A DNA stretch of 64,000 bases from assembly GCF_006345805.1 (NCBI RefSeq), contig NC_043010.1, positions 49,352,001 through 49,416,000 on the forward strand, in the 5' to 3' direction. The position numbers were made by a program, and so were the translations under genes. This DNA comes from Octopus sinensis (lineage: Eukaryota). The notes beneath the pieces were generated by a model, which did not search any database, was not told the DNA's origin, and saw nothing but the letters and a program-made list of their open reading frames with translations. Shown here piece by piece: positions 53,001 to 64,000 of this stretch; within the stretch, counting starts at the first letter, position 1; each line of letters begins with the position of its first letter.

Positions 53001-55989
53001 TGCATTCACACATCATGTGCTATAAGGTAGTCAGAGGTAAGAGACACACATGTGGGTTGAGCGAAGAGGAAAACAATTAATAGAGGAACTGCGAAATGAT
53101 GTCTGACACAATCTATAGTGGCTGAAAGCAGGCAAAAGCTCAGATGAGGATAAAGCAATGGGATTGATTTCTCTTAACATAGAAATACTGACAATAGTTG
53201 AGAGTGTTTGTGTGTATATGTTAGGAGTGTTCTATGACATTTCAGTTGAAAACGTTTCTACTTTGATCAATACAACTCATTATGTAATTGATGCCATTGT
53301 TAAAATAATTAAATTAGAACTAGGATTGTTACGGTGGAACAATATTAGACATCAGCATATGATTACAATTACCAAAAAATACTTTTGACAGCTAGACAAT
53401 GCTGAATAGAAGACGATGCCATGGCAAGATACACACAGACACACAAAATAGATTCGAAATAAAATGAAAGAAACATTAATGTAGTCAGTCTACCAATTCT
53501 TCTGAGATTTCACATTAACATATCTTACGAAAGTAGAACAGCAATTAGAAATTGCTGAATGGAATTTATTGAGATTAGGGAGAATAATATATATAGATCA
53601 TATAAACTTACTTATATTCTATATATCATATGCATACACAATCATATTTATATTTCAAATTTTGTAAACTTGGTTGCAATCCCTATGCTGGAGAAGAGGG
53701 GTAATGTAGAGGCTTCAATTTATTATCAGTGATCCAGTACAATGTAGCAACATGGTGCCTGGCAATACTAGTGTAAGTAATAACTGTTAGAAAATGTTAA
53801 GACGAATGCAGAAAATAAACATATCTCTCTCTCTTTCTCACACATATACACGCATACACACACAAACTGTTCATGCTACATCTTTGATGACCATGGCAAG
53901 AAATAAGAAAAGTATATATGTTGAAGTGTTTTTAAGTCAAACGCCTTCCTGTCATTGATCAATGGACCATAAAGTGAGTTTGGCACCACTGATCAGGAAT
54001 ATGTTTTGCACTAGTAATTCATGATACAATGGCTACATATTTTGGTTCAAATCCAAAAGCACCATAAACTAGCAAAAACCTATTCTTCAAATTATTGAAT
54101 TCTACACTTCAAGGTAGCAGATGTGTAAATGAAGTGTGGATTTTCGAGATTACATTCAATATTCAGAGTATTTTGTTTTCAGAGATTTAAAGAATGGTAG
54201 AGGAGCATTCTCGACAAACTGACTTGGAAATGAAGAAAAATGAAAAAAAATCTCAAATAAAAGAGTTAGAAATACACGCAATGAAAAAAAGAAAAAAGAA
54301 ATCATAAATTCAAAAACAGAAGAAAACAAAAGCAGGAAAATAGAAGACGATAGTGTCCAGAATATTGGAATGTATATAATAATTGTTTTGGTAATGATAG
54401 CAGCAGCAGCAATAATAGTAGTAGTGGTAGTAGTAGTAGTAGTAATAGTAACAGAAATAAGAGTAGCAGTAGTGAAAGAGGTAACACCAGCAGCAACAAA
54501 ATAATAAAACTGTTGAATGACACTGCGTATTCCTGAGAATAGCAACTGCCAGACAGGGGCAATCAACAGTTAAAGTAACAGCAATGCTAAATTCAACAAG
54601 CTTCAGTTAATGTTTCAGTATAAAGTAAAAATTTCAGAATTTCAAAAAAAAAAAAAATTGTTAATAAAATTGTAAATGTTTTCTTTCATGTTATGCTGAC
54701 CTGCCAAATAAAAGTTTAAAAAAAAAAAAAAAAAAAGACTCTTTCAAGATCAATGAAGATTACTTTGATAAAAATAAAACTTCCAGCAGAAGCACAGGAT
54801 GTGATATAGAAACAAGCAATCAAGTTGAAAAGCAGTATTCTTCCAACTGGATGTTTATTGTAGTTAGAGTAAGGAGTGTTACAAAACTTCATAGGCATGG
54901 CTGTCATATATATGAACAACCAAAATAGGGGGAGAAAAAAAAAAAAGGTTTTAAAATCTAGTATGAGTATGTTATATGTGAGTTATTAGAATGTGGGTAA
55001 ATGCATGAAATGAAATAATAGTAAGAAAAAATAAATAATCCTAGTGCATTATCAGGAACACACTAATGTGTGTCTGTGTTTTCATATCTTGCCTCAGATC
55101 GAGTTTGTCAAAATAGGTGCTATGAAAAAATATTTAGTGATTTCACAAAATGAGGTGCTTCTTAATAAAATTTAATAAACAGAAAATGTACTTAAAAATA
55201 AAACAGTGAGGTATTTACTTTTTTTCAAAATGATAACATGCTGTAAGTTTTATTGTTTTATATACACACACATATATATGAACGAATGAATGAGATTTTC
55301 TCTCTAAAATAATTTTTGCCTAATTCGAAGTCTTATTAAAACTGGGTGGTGGAGATTATCTGCAAAATATAATAATGGGTTCCATGACTTTTGGGAAAAA
55401 AATCATAAGGGCTCTGCAGCAAAAGGGCTTTTAGGGAACAGTGCTTAGCTGATGGGATACATCTCTCATTAGAAAGGACAATGGTCTGTCAGATAAAAAC
55501 CTTAGGTGATCTGGTAAATAACTGATAGCTTAATGAAAGGAGGCAAAGTAAAATAAAGTATTACACAAGGATGTTACTACCTTAACTACTCAGGTACTTT
55601 TAACTATAATATCACACACACACACACAAACAAGAGTACCTAGATAGATATACACTGATTCTAGAAATTACAGGAGTTATTAAATATGTAATCCGTTCAA
55701 AAATTAATGTTCAAATCGAGCACTTACTATATATGTTTTTTTTTCTATTTATATAACCATGAAATTGCTTCTAGAAGGGAAATTGAAATGTTCATGCCTT
55801 TCCCTATGGATATAAGCAATATAAATTAACTAAAATTACTGAGATTAGTAAGGTGTTACAAATTTTGCTCACGGGGGGGGGGGGTGAAACTTAAGGAATA
55901 GTTCCTCTCTAAATAAAGAAAGAAAGGTTAAATAATTTTGATTCTATTAATTGGAATTTGGTATATCTAAGGCATTGAACTGGATATTT

Positions 55990-56300
55990 AACACCTTGAT
56001 GTCAAATTCTATATCATAGAATCTGTACAAATCAATAAAATTAGAATGCCACAGGAAAGAATTCCAAAACAGATTCTTCATAGTAAACCAACTGACAGAT
56101 CTAGGAGCAGACCAAAAATGGAGATGGTTGGATAATATCCACAACCTCAGTTGATCCTGCTTGGGAATCTAACTTGAAAGTGTAATAATGGTTGCTTCTG
56201 ATAGGACTTTATGGAGGAAGGTGCCTAAGGTCTCTACCTCCTATAACCCTCCAAAGAATAGTGGGTGGGAAGATGGATAGATGCATAGATTCTACTGGGA
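55990..56300 (+). pseudogene. RTE LINE extreme 3' remnant
   Basis: RSRSRPKM/RWLDNI...VASDRTLWRK matches the RTE end motif R.RGRP..RW.D.I...A.DR..WR. Confidence 0.65.
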
Positions 56301-58065
56301 AAGACAAAGTTTGAGATGGATATTGAGTCCACTCTTCATCTTTGGGCATTTGATAGCTGTTCTTGGCCCCCAGATTAACTTTTATAGAACAGACTTGGGA
56401 TCAAAGATATTCTAGCCATGACCATTCCATCTTTTTAGTTTCAGACAGTAGGATCTAATTTGGGTGAAATTTGGCTGCTATATCAAACAGATAGTAACTT
56501 TGTACAGGCTCCTTTCTTGACCTCTGCATTCTTTCTAGTTGATAGTAAGTTAGATAAAGAAATCTAAATCGCATATCAGTCGGCACTGATTACTGTCGGT
56601 ATCTAGAAGGTGAGTTATTTGGATGATCATAATCTAAATTTCATTTACCTAAGCTCAAAGATAAAATCTTATCCAAAGTGCTTTTGAAAACAGATGCATG
56701 AAGGTGTTTCTTTGAGCAACTTAAAAAAGAAAAGCCTGTTTACAGGAGATGTGGGTTCAAGCCCCACTGGCAGTATTTGACTTCATCCAAAAGGGTTTTT
56801 TAATCCAAAATTTACACACTATTATTTATAACTTTATATCTGTTTCAAGATTCAGTGTTCCAAAAAAGAACACACCATTAGTAACAACTTCTCCTTTTTA
56901 AAGAGAAGCTAGTCCCACTTTCTCACGAGTTTAATAAAAACAAACAGTTTTGCTTTTAACTTACAAAAACTGTTTTACAGTTACATACATTCTAAAACAC
57001 ACTATCAATTGATGGTCATAGATATATGTTTAAAATAGGTAAATTAAACAAAGGCAAGTAGATTAATGTATCTCATTTCCAAGGGAGGAATACCATACTG
57101 GTGACAGAGGTTGCTCTCATAACTTAGTCTTTTAGTCTCATAAAGTTAAATATCCAACCACTACACCTCTATAAATATCTTACACATACAAATAAAAGAT
57201 GACGTACAGCTGGGACATGTATGCATATCTCAAGGATTTTATTACTTGAAGTCTTAAGGAAGTAGAAATGGTAAGTTGTGGTAGCCATGAACTTTTTTTT
57301 GGTTTCTTTCACAGGCACCTTTTTAGCAAGGGAAGTGAAACTTCTTCCACCGGGTATCAAAGTCAGTCACCAGAATGAGTATGGGCCAACTTACCACAAT
57401 ATTATCACCACCACCACATAATTTGATTAACAACACACAAACTGAATTAACTTTTATATTCTAGTAGGAGAAGATCATCACTAAACTATACATTAATTTA
57501 GTACTTCACTACTAGGTTGTATACTCTCAATGTTTATCTGATTAACACCGGTAACAAAGAGAGTGAACAAAGATATTTCAAATGATGGCCCAACATTACA
57601 TCCACTCAGTCACTTAAACTTGAAACACTAATGATTAAAAAATTATCTTGGCAAAAAAAACAAAAAAAAAATGTCCTTTTAGATAAAACAATATTTTGAC
57701 ATAAGGAGAGACCAAAGAGAAACGATGATTAATGTGAATTCAATGAATGAGACATTTCTAGAGTGTTAAGGAAGAAATCTATTTCTGAAAAAATAAAATA
57801 CCAAATAGGGACAGAGTGGGGTATTTATTATTATTATTATTTTTTTGCTTAAAAAAAATGAAGGTATTGAAATTAATGTTGCTGCTGCTGCAGTTGCTAC
57901 TGTTGCATTCACTATGAAATTTGGTGAAATAAAAGTAGGGGTAAAACCCAAGCAAACAACAAAGTAAAGATAAAAAAAAAAAATAAAGCAGAGAGACTGA
58001 GAATAGTAATAGTACATGAAGTTAAAATCCTGGGGTATCAGGCAACAGGACTTAGCTAACTGTGC

Positions 58066-58176
58066 CTAATGTTTCCAAGCACGGCTATAGTCGGAGGAAG
58101 ACCAGGAATAGCGGTGACGGGGCAGGGAACCTGTCCCACTGTAGCCAGGGTAACCCAGATAAGAAGAGCTCCGAAC
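58066..58176 (-). CDS. Terminal coding exon T1 (phase 0): VRSSSYLGYPGYSGTGSLPRHRYSWSSSDYSRAWKH*
   Basis: Acceptor tttattgctcttctctgcAG and a GC-rich 37-codon frame to TAG. Confidence 0.7.
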   Translation of the reverse strand, partial: VRSSSYLGYPGYSGTGSLPRHRYSWSSSDYSRAWKH

Positions 58177-58974
58177 CTGCAGAGAAGAGCAATAAATTTT
58201 ATTATACACATGAACCAACAACTAGTTAGTTCCACCACCGCTATGTTAAATAAGAGTAAGGATGGGACATTCATGGCAACACACTAGGAGCATTTACTTC
58301 AGACCACAAGCTACACAGGGTTAAAATACACCACATGTATACACATACAGACACGCAAACACACACTTTAATTAGTCAGCCTTTATAAATTGAGGACAAA
58401 GTTTTAAAAGCAGTTTGACACACTGTCATTTATTCCAGAGCTTAAATCATGTTCAATCAACACACACACACACACACACACATAGGCACACGTTTAGTGT
58501 TTGCATTTCACAATTAAGTGTATAAGGCAGTTAAGAAAAATAATAGCAATACACAGATATGACAACATAGTTTTCATTCTCTGAGCTGATCACCAATGCA
58601 AAAGGATTTTATTGAGAAAAAAGTCTTTAAGATTGAAAAATAAACTATGAACTAGAAATAATATCTTCAGTGAAAATTAATCCTATCCTACAGGGATTAA
58701 ATTAAAAAAAAAAATGTCATAAAAGGTCAAGTCACATGTCCCTTTTTTATTGGCTTGTTTCCCTTTTTCTATGATGCTATAGGAATGTGGAAGGAGAAAG
58801 AGTATCTGGTGAGAGGTGGAAGAGAAAAAAAGAAAGTATCATAAAGGTGAATTAGAATAATGTGTGTGTTTATATAATGCATGGTATTGATGTGTGGAAG
58901 GCAAGAGCATCAAGAAATATGTTGTAAATTGGAGAAGTGATGGTGACAGATTTTCATTGAGAGAAAGAAAGGAA

Positions 58975-59013
<39 letters not shown>

Positions 59014-60109
59014 AATATACACATATATATATATATATATACATGACAAATAATGAAGTGTGTAAGAAATAGTGATGTGTGTGTGTGTGGGTGGGTGTTA
59101 AGGAGCAAGGGTTTAAGAGTAAAGAAGTCAAGGGGAGGTTTTTCAAATCTACCTCAGGTAATTGCAAGTCAAAAAGATGAAATTCTCAACCACAGAGAAA
59201 CAAGCTCAATTTCGAATTGCAGAAAGAAGATAAAGATTATCACAAGAAGTCAATGCCTTGATGTGATTTCAGAGAAGATGAACTGTTGCAATATAATAAA
59301 AAACCACAAAAAAAGAAACTGAAGCAAAGTTTGAGGTAAAATGAAAAAAAATATATATCTGGAAAGAGACAAAATGAAATGCAAGATGAAAATGGAGCAA
59401 GGTTTGAAGCAGAAAGATAAGGAATCAGAAATAAACCCCATCATTTTTAATGAATCCTACACTGGTAATATAATAAAACTGTATCAGGTTGTGAGGTTGG
59501 ACAGTTTTATATAAGCAAAATAACATTAAAACATCTATAAATGTTTTTAAGACGGCTTATTGACTTGACTCAGAGAGTTAATTAAGAAACTGAGATCAGA
59601 GACACGAAGCAATATAAATAGGCAAATAAATGAAATCTGAAATAGGATTGAAGTAATTTCTTTCAGTGAAATATTTAGATTTTAGGCCAGTGTTATTTTC
59701 TTTAAACCATCAATATTTTTTTTTGCAGTTGTGAAATTATGTATTAACAACTATTCATAATTACAGAAAATAAAGTTTCTTATTTCATACAACTCCAGAA
59801 TTATCAGTAAGAGAAGATACCAAAGGATATTACTAATATGAATGCGATGAAAATCAAAACTAAGTTAAACTCCAGTCATCATAATCTTATCATTGGTGCA
59901 GAATGCTACCACATACTTCTATAGAATAAGGAACCTACCATTAATACTGATAGACCAAAACCAGTTTAAAATCAAACCACATAATTATAAATTAATGTTG
60001 AAGAATCAATTTTTTTCTCATCACAATCATATCATTCATGTATGGTTCATTATAATAAAACTACCTTTGAATCAAAAATATTTTAATAATATATAAGGTA
60101 CATAAAGTG

Positions 60110-60145
<36 letters not shown>

Positions 60146-61925
60146 TTACACACATACATTACTCCAGTTATATATATAATATACTACCATAGTTATGGAA
60201 TCTATTTTATTCCTTTTATATTTACTAGAGTGCACAGTCAACCTTTTTCAATGACTTCTAGTCAGAGACTGATAGCAGGATATCACATTGCTGCACTTGC
60301 TTTAATCTCACTACTTATGTAAGCTGTAAGAATGAGGAAATGGTTATCAATACAGATAGCGGTCCAATTCAGGAATAGACAGACCTGAGATTAGTTCTAT
60401 GCTACTAAGCTACCAGATTTTTATCGCAATAATTGGTTGTGGGTCATCTACATGGTAGGCTAAGCAGTTCATTATTTTAGAAATAGGATACTTTTACAAT
60501 ATATAAACTATGAATAGAAGAATATCAGTATTTTCAAGATAATGATTCTGAGATAAACTTACTTAAGAATCTAAATGCTTTTGTGAGAAATTGTAATCAT
60601 AGGTTATTGGACACAAGTATACAACCTTCTGTCTTAAGAAATTGGATTTTAACCTTACAGATTGCCAAAATTTTAATGAACAATATAATTATAACAGTCT
60701 GGAGTTTTTAGCGAGATTTTCATAACTAATAGTACATCATATAGACAAAACAAACTTAAGGCTCTTCATGAATTTTACCATCAGCTAAATACTTAAAAAG
60801 AAAATATTTTTTAAGCAGGTGATCAGCTCAGTTACAACAATAACAACAACAATAAGGATAAGAATATAAGCAAAACTAGAGTACTTTCTGAAGGGTTTTT
60901 ACTAATGCATATATGTGTCAAAGTGGCTAGGAAGTCAATGACTTAGTATATAGACAATGACATCGAATAGAAACAAGCTTTGCTTTATAATGGCAGCCAA
61001 AAAATAGATATTGCTTCCTTTTTCTAATGCAGTAATTACAAGTTGAAAAGGTATGCAAAAATAAAAGAATTTCATTATATGTCCAAATTTAAAATTTGAC
61101 AAACCCTTTCAACTCTGCTAGTATATACAAATGAAATACTAAAAACCAAAACAGTTTTACCCACCATAACATAAAAAATAGTTGGGAAAAGTGTTTCACA
61201 GAAGAATGCTCTTCCTGATACTAATTACCAACAGGAGTAGAAGTCATTATTGTTTTCAAACAATGTGACAAAGGAAGACAGTGAACGCAAATTATAGCAA
61301 CCAATTCCACTACTTGACCATAACTTCATTGTCCAATTTTTTAAAATTACACAGCATCTGTATATGTTTGCAAATGTTTATCATTCTTAAATCACAAAAT
61401 TATTTTTTGTAAATATCCATAATTTTTTGTTTTAAAATATTCCAGTTACACTTCAAGGATTTAGATACTGAAAGACACCAAAACAACCCGCAAACTTCTC
61501 AGTTTGATTAAGACCAAGATAATCCCTTGGTGCACTGCTCTTGATACCCCCCCACACACACACACTGCCCCCATTATCATAATTTAGACAGAAAAAATTC
61601 TTACAATGACATTTTGTAACACTTCATTGTTGGAAGAAACAAAGCAAAGCTTTATAGACATAACCCTAACAACATAGTAAAAATCTTCAGAAGGTATCTA
61701 GACTGAATGCAGAAGGACATTTATTACAGCTGAAAATTAAGACACCAAGCGATTACACTTTCTGGCAAATTGAAGAAAGATTATATGCTTAAATAAAGAA
61801 AGATATACAAATGGGTCAATACACAAGCAATATATATTGAAATTATAACCATTAAAAAATATTAATATTTCAAATGCAGTGATAGGTTTGATCTGAATAT
61901 GTATACATACATACAAACATATGTA

Positions 61926-62140
61926 GAGGGTTGGCCAAAAGTCACCCAACAGTAAATCAAAATTCTATAAATACTATCTGTAATTTCTGTATTGACACAA
62001 ATAGAAAAATGTGTCGCTCAAGAAGGACTTCAGTTTGAACAATTTTCATGATGTTTCATATTTAGATGCTTTTATTACATAAATAATTCTTGGAATTAAA
62101 TGGTTTTGATTTACTGTCAGGTGACTTTTGGCCAACCCTG
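61926..62140. mobile_element. Mariner-derived MITE
   Basis: ~36-bp TIRs AGGGTTGGCCAAAAGTCACC..ACAGTAAATCAAAA with TA flanks. Internal CVAQEGLQFEQF resembles a transposase end. Confidence 0.9.
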
Positions 62141-64000
62141 TATATGTGTCTATGTGTATGTATATGATAGATAGATAAATAAAAAACCTATAGATAATAG
62201 ACACGCTATTCTTAAGATGTGCTTAAATTACAGATTTCATGCAACAGAATACTCGTTTTATCTTATTTAGTTTTAAATCAATTAGCATTGTATGTGTGTA
62301 TGTGTACATGTGTGCATGTATGTGTGTATAAATAAATAAATAAATAAGTATGCAAACAATCAATATTTTTCTTAGTGTAAAGAAGATATATTTGCAAGCA
62401 TGAAAGAATAATGATAAAATATATATCCATAACACATATACAGGGAAAAAAATCTTAAAAACAAAAGTAAATAATAAAATGATATTAAATAAAACATTTA
62501 ATAAACATGAAAGAAAAAAAAAAGCTAAAAAATTTCATTATATATATCTATAAAAATAATGTGATTTGATATCTAAATGCAATAGCCAAGAATTTTAAGA
62601 GACAGGATTCTCCTTTAGGCAGCTGTCCAAAATAAGACATTGTTGGAAATCTAGTAAATAAGCCAAATGCATATCTTGTGGCATATGCACATTTTACACC
62701 TAAAAGTATGCAAGATATTTTGGTTCCTTACATAAATAAGTTGAAAACTGCATGCAATTTTGGACATCATTTAAAGCCAAAGAAAAAAGATTGTAAAAAA
62801 AAATGGCAAAGAAAATAAATTTGAATACAATGAAATGTAAAAATGCATATGGAATAAAATGAAGTCAACAAAATTGGTGGGAGGGAGATGGCTGGAGAAC
62901 TAAACTAATCTAATATTCAGAGCTGGTTTCAATGTAGGAAACACTACTACTTTAGTTTGAAAAGAGAACACCCACCAGTTTTTGTTAACTTTGTGTCTCT
63001 TATCAACTTTCATTTGTTGTTGCCCACTTTCCCAACTCCTTTACTGTTTGTTGAAAGCTACAGTTCTGATGTTCTATTAAATCTATGCACAATAATATAT
63101 TGAGTAAACAGCACTCTGGAAACTCTCTAACTGATGTAAATTTTTTTAGCATGGAAAAATATATGCAGAGAAAGAGAGAAAGAAGGAAAGCCAAGGATTT
63201 TATGGCACCATTTCTGATCTAGGTTATCCAATACAGAATGTGAAGTTTGCTTTAATGTACTCTCTGTATGATGCAAATCATTTATAATGGAGATCATCCT
63301 ATGATTGTTTTTAAAGGTATATTTAAATTTAAATATAAGGACAATTTATCTTAATATATGACTATAATACCTTTTATTTTTGATGTCATAGGGATAAATC
63401 AACAAACATAAAAGAGTAGCACATTTCAATAGTCACTTTGTGTTATCTAAATCTTATGTTAGGGTAGTAATTTAGCTGTTAAGAAAATATAGGAAGACCT
63501 TCAAGTAAACTGTGGCAAGGTGAAACATTCTGTGGTAATTTTCCTAAATGAAAACTGAAGTCTTTAAATAATTAACACAAATGGATTAACAGGCCAAAAT
63601 CAACTTGATTCTTTTTCCATCATATGCTTTCCTAATCTGGTAAATCAACACTGCACATCCACTGGATTATTACATTCAATTAATTCTTCACCAATCCTAG
63701 GGTATAGAGTAGAAATGACTCTTTAGTTGTTCTGAGGATAAGGCGATCTTCATGATAAAATGCACCTGGTAGACTCAGAAGGCAGCCACTCCAAATAAAA
63801 GCTGAATCAGACTATGATAAACTGTCCAACCCATGCCAGCATGAGAAAGAAGCCATAATGATAAAATATATTTGCTATCAGAAACAGCAGCGTCGTAATA
63901 ACTTAATCCCATCTTCATTACATAATCAGCAGTGACAAAATTGACACTAAAATCATTATGTAATTATACTCCTGGAGGCTGTACGTGCTGATAGCAATTC

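Noticed and set aside
53113-53121. Possible third terminal micro-exon (cAG|CCA CTA TAG, 'PL*')
   Set aside because: The acceptor is good but there is no independent coding signal. A similar weak case (FIFSEITSRH*) lies near 59250-59282.

Overview
AT-rich eukaryotic genomic DNA, very probably octopus/cephalopod (inferred from the tRNA-derived SINE families and dense CA/TA/GA microsatellites). Nothing prokaryotic is present: no operons, no CRISPR array, no rRNA and no intact tRNA gene. The first ~42.7 kb is a dense mix of SINEs, TIR MITEs, a non-autonomous Helitron and decayed transposase/RT remnants (hAT, mariner, Harbinger-like, pogo-like PHD tail, RTE, Hero-like, Gypsy). It also holds a few scattered exon candidates on the minus strand, a possible plus-strand promoter, and a minimal hammerhead ribozyme motif. 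42.9-64 kb is nearly SINE-free and looks like the 3' end of a minus-strand gene that enters from beyond the window. That gene has two candidate alternative phase-0 terminal exons (58066-58176 and 49938-50015), both encoding a G-[ST]-L-P-R motif, and a ~7 kb U-rich 3' UTR. Several long fold-back structures could form dsRNA. Most ORFs in the supplied track are microsatellite artefacts. Family and domain assignments come from motif recognition by eye, not from database searches, and repeat boundaries are approximate unless a TIR or TSD defines them.
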